Assembly (NCBI RefSeq): GCF_000150275.1
Contig: NW_002060946.1
Span: forward strand, 282,678-346,677
Length of the DNA stretch: 64,000 nt
Reading direction: 5' to 3'
From: Trichoplax adhaerens
Lineage: Eukaryota; Animalia; Placozoa
The translations under genes were made by a program, and so were the position numbers. Under the pieces are notes generated by a model that saw only the letters and a list, made by a program, of their open reading frames with translations, searched no databases and had not been told where the DNA came from. Shown in pieces: positions 38,656-51,839 of this stretch. Numbering within the stretch: the first letter of the stretch is position 1; each line of letters starts with the position of its first letter.

Positions 38656-41600
38656 ATGGCAATGGTGCGCTCATGGCTGTTATTGGCAGCATTGATTCAA
38701 ATCGTTTTTGCATCCAAAGCTATCGTCGAATTGGACGATGATAATTACCATAATTTCGTGATTGGCAATAAGCTTGCTTTAGTGTATTTATGTAAGTTGT
38801 AACCATATTTAATCGACCTCTAGGATAGTTGGCCTTGGCCAATGCAATACTTTTAGCTTGTACAATGTATTCTTTATCGCTTTCGACATGGATTTCATTC
38901 TTGCCAAATTCACGATAGACCGAGTATGGATGGTATATTAGAGTAGTGTACCATTTTCATCATACAGTTGAATGACAACGTCGATCTGATCATCATTTTA
39001 TCGTTTTGTTATATGCAAGTTATGCCATTGGCATGATTCAATCAACAATGGCCTTTGCCCTTTTTCGTAGTATGACTTATTGCTTGTAGAATGAATCTAT
39101 TCTTCAGTGCTATTACGATGGATTACATCGTGATCGGATAGACTGCATAGGAGTATCGATGGTTACACTGTAGTAATAGGACATTTCTTTCATCCATAGT
39201 CTTATAGCAACATCGATCATGGCATGATAATACTGGAGATAGGACGATGACTGCAATTCAATCCTATTTATCTTCATAAACATGCTAGAGCTTGCTGTAC
39301 GACCCCATACCCTATTTCTGCCTACCTGCAAAATGTCTAGAAATAGCTTGAAAATAATTCTATACAACTAGTCCAGCTGTACATTCTATTTCTTGACTCC
39401 CAACCAAAGTACATAATCAATTGGATATCGTTACAGTATTGTAATTCCAACCATATTCATATCATTATTTTAGTAGTTTTTTTTTTATTGATGTACTATA
39501 ATTCACTTTTAAAACCGGCGAATGGAAAGTACCAAGAAACGATTGTATCAGCAGTATACATAAATTAACATACTATGATGCCAACATTATCATCATCCGA
39601 ATAAAAGAATCGGTTACTTTACGTTATGAACTATTGTCGATACCATCGTCAATGGAGATTTTACATTTACTTTACTGTACACAATCACAATTCAACATAG
39701 ATTGGAATATTCAATGAAAGAGAATGTAGCTTAGATATCCCTTTTATCATCATCATGATTTTAAGACCGTAATGAAATTCTTTAAACTCCCCAAAAATAT
39801 TCAATTTTATTTTATTATAGTGAATAAAATGGAACCCAGATGGCCATGTATTAATTAATTATGTATATTTTCAATGATTTGATCGCTAAATCATGCATAC
39901 TACACTATACAATCTCAATCTTCACTTTGACAAAAATCAATACCATGACAAACATGAGATAGGATATTAAAGGATAATACTCGTACAATATCATCAACTA
40001 TCCTACTCGTACTGTACATTCTTGGCTTTAATTTCTTACTTTTTATTATTTCTTAAAAATCAATGACGGTCTATAGATTTAATCGTACGTATAATAATTT
40101 TTTACATCATAAGCTATTATTCTAAGCACAAAATTACCTGAATAGTTAATTGATACCGTTAATATTAGATTCTCAATCATACTGTACATTACCGACTATC
40201 TGTTGTTAAGGGGCTAACCAACGTCAAATTTGGTGTAATTACATTTCTAACTCAACTAGCACAGCCCAAATTTGACTACAGAATTAATCAAAGTTAGCTA
40301 TCGCAAACAGTGATCCGAAAATGTCAACAGCGATAAAGACAAGGTTGTTCTCACAGTATTATGCATACTATAATAATGATTATTACTTCCCCATTATACG
40401 TGCAAAGTCGTTGAATTTTCCCTAATGAAGAATCGCGATTTATTGATATTTACTGTACAAGTGTACATCAAACTAACATTTTGACTTAGAAATGCTCTTT
40501 AACATGCAATCATCAGCAAGGTAGTTTTAAAACGCTTTGTTTACCTAAACAGTTGATGAAATCGTCACATATTGTAAGTTTACTTTCACTTTATTTTGTT
40601 CATATCTATAAAAAAAATGGCTTGATATGCTACGATACCGTCATCGACCGATCTCCATTTCAACATGTTTATAGCTTATAAATTGGATTGCAATATTACA
40701 ATATCTATTTTGCAAGCTCTATAGTCAACCACTATACGTATTTATTCATTATTAGCATTTTAATTCTACTCTTAAGTAATGGATAGAACAACGCACCAGT
40801 TCCCATCATTATAGGTTACATAATTTATTACAATAGGCATTTTCTCATGGCTTATGAAATTGATACTATTATTCTGAATTTACCGTATATCTTTATCTTC
40901 GTAAAATATCGAAGCTATCAGAATGGTAGTAATTTGTTCAGTTTTTGTAAACTAACTACGATGGTGATGAAGGCCTTAAAGATAAAGATCCTCTATTATA
41001 TACGTTGCAGTTATCGATGCCCGGCTCCATTTTACAAGAACTGCAATGTATGAATTCGATCATTGCCTCATACAGTATTATTTAAACTGTGACAAGTGCA
41101 CAGTAGTGATGAAATGGATGGTAAAGCTGGAGAAAATTTTCAGTTGATTTTTTATCTTTTCAGCAATTAAGTTAGTACCTTAATTTTTTATCCAAGTGCT
41201 GGATTCGGTAATGATGCTAAAACGCGAATCCTTTTTGCTGCAGCTATTCCATTACCTACTTCATTCCTTACGTTATCGCTATAATGTTTATATTAGACAA
41301 ACGTATGTCAGGATATGTCCATTACAACACAAAATATATCAGTTTAAGGCACCTTTTTGTAATCTCCAATCTCAATAGTATTAATTATCATGCGATATGT
41401 ACTCGCTGTCAGGATATTCAACCTAAGAATTAGCAAAGATTACTGACCAGTAGCCCTGCTCAGATAATTAATTCTAATCTGATGCTAAATACGTAGAATT
41501 GTATACCACCTTATTGTTATGTAAACAAAAAAATCAACGCATTGATAAAAGTAATATGGACTTGTAACTTTTCACTATCCGCAGCCTTATTCTCGTCTAA

Positions 41601-43665
41601 ATTAACAGTATAATCATTAATGATAGATGATACATGCTGTATACGCATCATCTGAAAATATGTTGTATCACTGTTTTTATCTTTGTTATAAAAAGGATAA
41701 TGAAGACGCTGCTGCCTACAAAGTACCTTGTATGTCCGCACTATGTTTAGAAATATTTTTAACTTTCATTTATTCATACCCTATACATAGTTGACTGGGA
41801 ATGCAGAAACTGCCAAGAGTTTAATCCATTGTATAATGAATTAGCCAAGGAGCTAAGTAGCACCGATAGCCAAGTAAAATTGGGAAAATTGGATGCGACT
41901 AAATATCGCCATTTGGCTGAGAAACATAACGTGGGAAGATTGCCAGCATTACTGTACTTTCGTAAGAGAGTACCACTATTATATACAGGTTAATTAGTTA
42001 AACAAATCAGTCAATGTTCTGCATTTGCTAAGCGGTAGATATTCTCAGTTGTAGGTTGATAGCAATAGAGCAGCAAAATCATGATCTTTGTATCCGTATT
42101 ACATTATGATTTTTACTAAACAATAACATACTTTAATAGGTAATTTAGCCGTAGATTCTATATCGATTTGGCTTGACGAAAATCGCAAAAGCTTCGTTCG
42201 TAGGCTTGATGAAGACAATTTCGAACACCTGACTCAGGCATCAACAGGGGCTACCACAGGAGACTGGTTAATACAATTGTAAGTGGACGCATTCTCTGAT
42301 AAAACGTTAACTCAATTTTAATAGGCAATATAATATTAACGTCATAAATTCACTGCGTATAGACTTTCAATGAATTAATAAAAGCAATTGCAATGATAAA
42401 GTTTAAAATTAATTTTGAAGTTACATTGAATTAGAATTTGATAAATTGATTTAGATATCAATTTTGCTGATAAAAATTCTTGGTTTTTAGTTAAACAGTA
42501 GAGTAAAATAAAATGAATTTGTTTAGCATGCGGTATAAAATTATAGCATAATAGTTGAAGATAGTTAACAAATGCTGAGATTAGGCTATAAAGTAGCTCA
42601 CTACTTCTTTGCTATGACTAGTGACTACGTCATATTGAAGGCAAAAGGCTTGTCTTTAGTGTTGTACTAGAGTGAAAACAAATCTGTAGTGAATGCAACG
42701 TAAAATTTTATTATAACAGCTGCAAACACAGTTAGTAAATACTGCAACTTAATTCACCAGTAGCTCACTATTTCTTTACTACTATAGTTTTGTCGTAAAA
42801 GGTTATTCCCACAGCGGCTAGATTATACGTTGTACTGTATGTTTGACTGTCATTGCTATTAGGCACCGCTAGTAGCTATATATCAGCGAATTAGTGTTGA
42901 TTTAAAATTTGTTTTGAAAAAGTGCTGGCGATGGATAATGCGTAATACTATAGGATACAAACCTTTCGTTAACTTTTCTGATAATTATCCGTTTGCTTAT
43001 TGATCACGTCTTATATTTTAAAACATGACAGCTAAGCCTTTCACATTATCTATTAATAGTGAGCTAGTAACTAATTCAGGTAGTAATGATCAATTGTTTA
43101 TATCTTAGCGCCAGTCCTGGATGTGAAGCATGTAAGCTTGTTCGTGCTAATTGGGAAGCGGTTGCTAGTCATTTACGGCGAAAGATGAATATAGCAACGG
43201 TGGATCTATCGGTTAATCAAGGTATTTTATTCATCGAGAAAAATGTTTGCTTGCGTCAAATGATTTATTATGATTTCACCATTTTCGATAGGTCTAGCTA
43301 GACGTTTTAAAATTCATCAAACTCCAACCGTTATACTATTCCGTCATGGTAGTCGATATACTTACAAGACTCATAATAACGATTATACATTTTACCCAAT
43401 AGTAGCTTTCGCTACTGAAGATTACAGAAAGGTCAAAGCTGTCACTGTTGAGGGCAAGAAAGGATTCTTTTCTGAACTATGGGGGTCACTCTCTTTTAAT
43501 TTTAACATTTTTACGGTATTATACATCTGTTTCGCATTGATTGCAATAGTAATAGTAGTAGCATGTGTATGTGCGTGCAAATTAGCAGCAGAAGACAATA
43601 TCGATGAAGCCAATGACGAAGAAAGTGAAGATGAATCAGATACTGAAGATAAGAAAGAAAAGTAA
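38656..43665 (+). CDS. Type I ER membrane protein with two thioredoxin-like domains (Drosophila CG11790-like family), 5 coding exons
   Basis: Signal peptide MAMVRSWLLLAALIQIVFA; Trx domain 1 with CRNC; linker FEHLTQASTGATTGDW; Trx domain 2 with CEAC; hydrophobic TM segment; acidic tail ending in di-lysine KKEK. Confidence 0.85.
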
Positions 43666-44479
43666 AACGATATTAAGTTTATCCCAAATTTTTATTGACA
43701 GTTCCTAAATGTTTTATGTACGACCGGCTATACCCAGTCAGCAAACGGAACCTTACTTAACTGTATAGCACGATACCTATCAATCCAGCCACCTATCACA
43801 TTTTCTTTCCATTTCAATTAAAGTTTCACAATTAATATTATATAATTAATCGACGAAATACCTACTATAAGATCGGACGTCACATCATCGTGTCAACAAT
43901 GTCACATTATAGGATGTAGGTTCAGATCTCTTTCCGTTCAGTTATTATTATAAACTGTTATTTATTCGTACTTTGTATGATTGTGCGTTGAAATCACGTC
44001 CACCAATAAAAGACTTATTTACCTCACGAGTATTAATAAGGTTTTAATAAAATTTATGATGAGATTGATTGTAGCAAGTAAACAATTATTAGAATCGACT
44101 AGCATCATCAAACTTTAACTGAAGTACTAATTAATTAATAAAATGAAAGAATATCTTAGAAGGAATGCTCTACAGTAGTGCAAATCTGCACAATTACAAA
44201 AACATTTTTAAGAGAAACAGTTTTCATAAAGCTCGAGTAATAAGGCTTATATTATAAATCAGATATTGTTACAGTGATAGTATAGTAGTAGGTAGTCACT
44301 AATACCAATAATAAAAAGCTACGATCGGATATTATAGTTATCGTTATAGGAATAACAATTGACTGTGAGCGCATTGACTTTCATCAAATAATCGCACAGC
44401 GTACAGACCAGTGCAGGTCATGACACAAGTTTGATAGGTTGCAAAAAAGGTTAAGAACGCAAGCAACGCCAACAGTGCA

Positions 44480-46053
44480 TTACTTAGAGCCAGTAGAACC
44501 AAAACCACCAGCACCTCGATCTGTTTCGTCTAGATCCTAACCCAAGTAAGATAGTTGAAGATAACAATTCAAAATTAATTATCATGGAGTACAACTGATC
44601 ACCATTCCGATCACACCTTCAATATATCATAACAATGAATAACTGCTCATTTAAACATTATTACCACATTGTACACCACTATCACGACCGTTGTCTATTT
44701 GATATTAAGAAAAATAAGACTACAGCATTGTATTATCATCAATATCATATAAATACACTAGCCAATGCCAATCCCAGGACTGACCAATATCGGGTATTGA
44801 TCAAAGCTCTTATACATTTCATTGCGTACCTCACACTCTTCCAGAGGGGCAATAAGTATTCTTTCTAATATTAATTGAGCGATTCGTTCACCCTTGCTCA
44901 CTAAACCAAAAACAATCATGAAATATGCAACTACATTAGTGAAAGGTTACAATAACATCCCATATACCCGCAGCTAAAGCGATAAGAAAACAAACCTGAA
45001 AACTCTTCTTTTCCATGATTAAATAACACAACTCCGACATTGCCCCTATAATCCTGGTCAATTACACCAGCTAAAAGAAAATTATCTTCTATTAGTCCAC
45101 TAATACAGACAAATGTTGCAGGCAATCGCAGGTTGTAATCACAATGTTAAAAGTCGGTCGTCATTTATTAATCTGTCCTGCAGTATACTGTACATCGTAC
45201 AGTTACTTGGCAGGGTTACCGACATAACATGGAAATAACGTAGTCTACTTGACTCAATCCAAGCTGTATTCTTACCGCCAACATCAATATGCTTCTTGAC
45301 GGCGAGTCCGGAACGTGGTGCTAAACAATCAACCGATTAGAATGAATAACAGCTCCATTATTAAGGATTACTACTTAAGCATAACTACTACAACAATACT
45401 CAATCCTAGAGGTACTGTATTTCCATTTACAAAGGTGAAATCATCATTATTAACCCGATAGCGTCTTCGAACATAAGTAGTCAAATGTTAGCAATATTCC
45501 TAAGCTGTCATCTAGCTCGTAGTTTGATTGCTAGCGATTCAACTAGCCAACATGCGTACATACCTACTCTTCCATAACAGCCAGCAGGTACAGCAATTGC
45601 GATATCGGTCTTAATGACAGCCTTCCCATGAGGTGGAATTACGCTTTGCTCTGCACTGATGACGGAAAAAAAGGACAAATATGACTACATCCCCTATCTA
45701 ATCTTGTTGCAAATGCTTCTGTGTTATATACTTGTAGCAACAACACTAGAATAACATTGTCAATGAAGTGAATATTTGATACATGAAGTTCGACTAAAAT
45801 AGCAAGTGAAGTGGATTTCATCGACGATCTTTTCAATCCTTGTACGTTCTATCAATGATCATTTTGAACACCAGCTCAATCAAATGCAACTACATCAGAT
45901 CAAATGTCTTGCAGCGAACCTGTAAAGATCATAACCCGCCGCTTGAGCGGAGCCACGCTTCGGTGCAGTAGCATTCTCCGATAACTTTTTAAACCTTAAG
46001 GTAATTTCAGGCTGACTGGTTCCGTTCGAGTGGTTATCTAATTTTTCAGACAT
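44480..46053 (-). CDS. DUT: dUTP pyrophosphatase (trimeric dUTPase), multi-exon
   Basis: All five motifs are present across exons: [26 protein letters not shown] and [10 protein letters not shown]; TAA at 44480-44482. Start at 46053, or the in-frame ATG at 46089. Confidence 0.96.
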
Positions 46054-47858
46054 GATTAATTTTTTTTGATCTCTTTCTACAACATACATGATTAAGTACG
46101 GTATAGCACAACCGAAGATGACAAAATCACTTTACTATCCGACTGATCTAACGTAAGTTAAAGCTTTGATGGACAACTTTTATTAATTAAGGCAACACGA
46201 TGATCGTCGATTGGACAAGATTGGGGACCTTGATTGTTATTGCAGCTTGGCGCCAAATGCGAGCATATGCATAAATTATAATTTATATTTGCATATGCAC
46301 TGTACTCATGATGCTGGGGCCTCCTTTTCAATCCTATTGGACAATAATGATTTGCAGTACTGTACAGTATGAGACGGTGTACTATTTCAGTCTTTCGGCG
46401 GAGTAAAATGACCAATTCAAGTAACCGGCCTGCAAAATTGGACCGCTCGTTTTCTATGCTTCCCTCTTCTTTCATCGGCTTGTACAGTAGTCGTCGTCCC
46501 CTACTTCGGTCTTTGGATCTCTGCCGATGTGGCGATGTACACAAGAAATCGCCGTCATTTCAATGACTGTAATGACTGTACTATGATTTTGATATCATTG
46601 CAAAGTGTAAAGGAAGCAATAATAAAAGACGAGCATCATTGCAAAATAAAGCTTTTGATATATTGGAGAGGCTTATTGCCCTTATTACTACTGTATTTTT
46701 ACTTTAGTTTTACAACAGATGACTTAACGACTTTGTATTCAGTCTAAAGAATCCCAAAGTTTTTCACTGCAATACACTCTGCTCAGTAGCAATGAGGTGT
46801 CCATCTGTATACAGTAAAGTACAGTATCGGCGACCATCTACTCCTCTAATGCGCTTGACTTCAATACGATCGGAGAAGCAATTTAAAAGGTTAATTATAC
46901 AGTATGCACAACTAGGTGTGCGGGTTTGGCAAAGTTTAAAATCAATCGTAAATACTGTACTGTCATCTTGGAGTTGTTAGCAATCTATAGAGCAGTCCTA
47001 AAAGCTAGTTCCATTACATATAAAGAGGACGGCACGGCACCTATAGCTGCAGATTTGGCCAGCACGCTGTGCATTACTGTACTTACATGCCATCTGAAGG
47101 ATCGTAAAATAGCGTGGTGCAGCAGGTAAAGGTCGATTTCTGAAGAATGTCTTCATAAGTTGGTACCAAATTATCATTTCTCACTGGCAGCAAGCTACAG
47201 TATGTAGAGTACTTGGCAGGAATAGCTGGAACTTGTTGAAAAGCACAATATCAACGAGCAATATTACTACGGATTAGAATTGATATAACATTGCGTCCAT
47301 TGGACCTCAAAATGTACTTGTGCTCTATTCACCATACTGTAGAATTATGTACACCAGTAGATCTGTTCATTCACTCACTGAACTATAGCTGACTTCGGCA
47401 TTAGCAATTTCCTGTACCTCGGTCTGCTTCTCAATCAGATGCAGCGTTTCTGTCTAGCGAGTTAATTTTGATTCGATTGGATCTCGCCATCCCGCATCTA
47501 CCCTACTCATCTATTCCCCCTACAATTTGGGCAGAAATAAATAAATAAAAAAAATAAAATAGAAAATTAAAATTACTGGCTGAATTGATCTAATGATTTA
47601 CAGTAGACTACAGTATGCAGTGTATGGTACTGTAGCATGAAGTACTGTACACTCTGGCTGGAAAGTAGTTGGAGTCGTGACTGTAGAGTAGCGCATCCAT
47701 TATCATACTTTGTATGCATAATATTGCAATGAATCATACAGTATATAGTCAGCTTGCAATCCGAGTCATTGTATTACTGTATACTACTCATGGGTCGGCG
47801 AGCTCGATTGCGCACACTCTTCAAAGCTGTAAAGCAACCATCATCGATCTAATCCGCC

Positions 47859-49433
47859 ATGACAGTGAGTCTGCTAGCTGAATTGGAAATAATATTAAGC
47901 AAAAAGAATGGACTATTACACTTAGTTCCATCGTTAGACGTGTATGTTAATGTTTAGTGTGATATTTCCATGATTTTTTACCCTTGCAATTTTAGGGACC
48001 TCCGGAGAAAAAGAAAAGAGAGAGTATCGTTGATCTGCAAAAGCATATCGATAAGAAAGTTCGCGTTAAATTTCAAGGTGGCCGAGAAGGTGATTCTGCA
48101 AGTAGATGATGCTATTCCTTGATATCAGTAGACTTTGCAAAGTAGTTTATATACAATAATGGAATACTGCTAATGGTAAAAGCAGTTTACTATGGTTAGA
48201 TTGTGTCAATTTTATAAACAGTATCATAAGTGTACTTCGAAACGTCAGCATCATGTCAAGTTAGTTACTGCAAATTGAATTTGTTGAGCTTATATACGTA
48301 AAGAGAGAGAGAGAGAGATGTACTTAAACAGTAGATATTTCTTTGCTTAGAATGGACCAAAGCAAAGTAGAGGATTATTATAACATAGATGAGAATTGAA
48401 ATCCACTCAAATCTCACTTTTTTTCCATCATTTTACTCGACTTACTCATCATGAAAGTGATTTGCATTTGATTCCATAATTAATTCCTAAATGGACATCC
48501 AGTTTTATGAACGTAAAATTAGATGCTTATAAAAGCTGCACGCCAGTACAACGACATCTTTACTAATGGTTAATAGAGCTTGGCCGCAATAATACCGTTG
48601 TCATAACGAGATCATGCGAGCGCCTCAATTCCATTGTATGGTCTAGAGTTTAGAGGAGTTTCATATTTGTCTTGCACATTATAGGACTGTAGGTAATGTA
48701 CTAATGTCAACGTATTACAATACAACGCAATGGTAAAATAAGACAACGAAGGAAAGCTAGTCTTAATTTACAAACTGAAGAAACGAGCATTGAAAATGGG
48801 CATTCTTCGAAATCAAATTATGTCTGTAGTTAACACTTAGTATTGTACAGTATGTTAGGGAGTACGATCTTTTGCCAAGGCGGCTGTCATGAGCTAATAG
48901 TGTTAAAGGTTGACGATTTTAAAAGTGCTAAATAGATATTGTAGACGATTAAAGTGCTTTATGAAAGATCACTAAACAATCTTCGCTTTAATACGTACTG
49001 TACGTATTTATCCACAATTATAATTTCGTTTGAAAACAAGATTTTCAGTTACACAAAATGCTTGGATAGTAATTTTCATTTTTCATGACCATCAGCTATA
49101 GGCATTCTGAAAGGTTATGATCCGTTATTGAACTTGGTACTTGATAATGCTGTAGAAAATTTACGTGGTAAGGAAGCTGAATGAGCTATTCTTGAATTCA
49201 ATGTGACCTATTACTCTACCACTTTTCTTACTACAGCGTAGATCGCACACCAATATAATTCATAAATAAAACATCGTGGTTATTTTTCTTTTCCAGATTT
49301 CGAAGATTTATCACGAATTAGTAACGAAACAAGACAATTAGGATTAGTGGTTTGTCGAGGCACTTCTGTAGTAGTGATTAGCCCTAATGACGGTATCGAA
49401 GAGATTGCCAATCCATTCGTCCAAGCAGAGTGA
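47859..49433 (+). CDS. LSM7: U6 snRNA-associated Sm-like protein LSm7, 4 coding exons (absent from ORF track)
   Basis: MT|GPPEKKKRESIVDLQKHIDKKVRVKFQGGRE|AIGILKGYDPLLNLVLDNAVENLR|DFEDLSRISNETRQLGLVVCRGTSVVVISPNDGIEEIANPFVQAE*; all introns GT-AG. Confidence 0.97.
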
Positions 49434-49714
49434 GATGGATGTCAACTGTACCTATTTTATTTAATGTCATTATTTACTTCCCTTAGGAACGAAATTTGAA
49501 TTGTAATTATTAAATTCATCCTAATACCCGAGATAATACAGCGCAATTTACTAGGCTATACTCGTATGTTGATCAAACGTGGTCATTGGTGTTAGACCGT
49601 GTAGAGATAGGTAGAATTCATCATTGTCCTTCTATAACTGTACAGTGTTCACTAATTATCCGTTGAGTTTACATCTGGTACATTTTGCTGCCAGAATCGA
49701 TAAAATGTTAAATA

Positions 49715-49982
49715 CCATCGGATCTACCAATAAACATAACTTGTAATAAAAGATTTCAAGATTCACTTTCACCCTCGAATAGGCTTAATTTGCATGCAAC
49801 TATAACTTCATATGCACGCATAATATACGTATGTATCTAAAGTTGTCGCCATCAGATCTACAAATAAACATAACATGTAATAAAAGATTTCAAGATTCAC
49901 TTTCTCCCTCAAATAGGCTTAATTTGCATGCAACTCTAACTTGATATGCACGCATAATATACGTATGTATCTGAAGTTATCG
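49715..49982. repeat. 134-bp tandem duplication downstream of LSM7 containing AATAAA signals
   Basis: CCATC.GATCTAC.AATAAACATAAC.TGTAATAAAAGATTTCAAG...TATACGTATGTATCT.AAGTT.TCG at 49715 and 49849. Confidence 0.92.
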
Positions 49983-51839
49983 CTTGCAATTTACATATGG
50001 TGCTATAGTACAGAAATGCCGTTCACGTAATGAAATGTAATAGGTTCTACGCACTTTTAACCAGAAATGGTTGATGCATGCATATCGTAAACTACTAGGT
50101 AAATGTCATCTATCTGTAGTATTTAGTTTTCGACTTTAAGTTACCTGAAACTGTTTGATCTACAGTATGCATGAAGTATGTAGACAATATATACCAGAAG
50201 TAAAAACCAAATCTACTACTTAGTACGCGTCTAGAGTACAGATTTTCTTTTAAATGCGTGTAGAGAGCTTGCTAGCTCATAACTTTTGTTATGGCACCAA
50301 ACATGATGATACGTAACAAATCAGTAATCTAGGTACGTATTTCTATAATAAAGTGAAACAAATTCGCCCATCATACCGACGGTAGCTCTTCTTCAAAATG
50401 AGGGTGATACAGGAAATCCAATTAATAAATATTCAGTTAAAAAATGTGACGTGGCTATACCGAATTATAGAAATAAAAATCTATACCAATAAAGCAAGCC
50501 ATTAAATTTGATTTACGAAAGTTTGCAATATATTGCGAGAGAAAATGTGTACAGTACAGGAATAAATTATCAAAGCTATCAAGACATCAAAAATTCAAGT
50601 TTACATTGTGTTAATGTACGTATTCCTAAGTATTTCATGCACATTTCTTAGCCCGATATAGAGCAGTATCGATAAATCAAGCTTAATACTATTATCTTCC
50701 GGTTTTATCGTTGCAAATTCTAACACAGTGCGCATACTGCATTGTATACAAGTAATTGTACACGCGTATACGTAGTATTTTACTGGGAATTTTACTTATT
50801 TCTGTCAGTGCATACAAATGTGTAATATAGCTGTCGGCATACTCTAGTAAATCAGCATTAAGTGTACATACATCAAATTAGATAATTTATTAAACACTAA
50901 ATACTAACTAAGCTACTCTAATGTAGAAAATTTAGTTACGATCAGATAGTAATTAGCTATCTTGCGCATTCATTCCAATCGATACAATCAGACTTAGTCC
51001 TTTATTACAGTGTACGATGATGCAAAACGATACAGCTGCTGTATGCCTGTATAAGAGAGTTTTCATGAATTTTAGCCAAAAAAAATAGCCAACACCTTGA
51101 AGTAACAGTTCAAGGCTTTTGTTCATATAATATGTACTGTAACAAGTAAATTCTGAACAAATTTTAAGATATAGCAAAAGATAGGATTGTAAAATAAGCA
51201 GGTTATCGGTCATGAGTACTACAGTAGGTAAAGAACAATAATTATAATTTAACTATTATAAACTTTCAGAAAATATTGAAACAGAGTGACTGCATTTATT
51301 GATTAACCGGTAAGACTCTAGTGTAGCAGTTTTATGTAAAGCAGTTACATTACCAAAAGTTATAAACGATACTGATAATAGTAGTGCAGTATATTGAATT
51401 TGTTCAAAAAGTGACTGATACGATAAGGCCTTCAAATACGGTATTCGTTCGAATATGAATTGCTAGAAGTGCTAAATGCTCACTACAATAGCTATTATCG
51501 ACACATACTGTAGGCAGCTCTGCTGTCTAGTTAAACTAAACTATAACATTTCAATAAATATCCCACATCGAGAACTTTATATTATCATAGAGGTATCAAC
51601 GATTATTATTGAATACTACTAAACTGTTAACAAACGGGCCATTATAGCACAGATATGGAGAATATACTGCATTATTTACGGAACATAGCTAACTGCTTCC
51701 GTTATAATACTGATACCGTAGTCAAGAACTCATTGTTTATATTTTCACAGCAATAAGTCAAATAAACTAATATACATCAAAGTATTGATACTGGATATTC
51801 CAGTCATATTAATAATAAGATTGGCGACTTGTAAGAAAA

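Noticed and set aside
40960-41150. GTGATGA C-box-like words in the long intron as C/D snoRNAs
   Set aside because: No properly spaced CTGA D box with a terminal stem was seen.
46158-46544. 128-aa minus-strand ORF upstream of DUT as a mitochondrial-leader exon
   Set aside because: I found no donor in the phase needed to join the DUT exon, and no recognisable homology; probably promoter or UTR.
48302-48318. (AG)n microsatellite in an LSM7 intron; also (ATT)n at ~59020-59045
   Set aside because: Ordinary short simple repeats.
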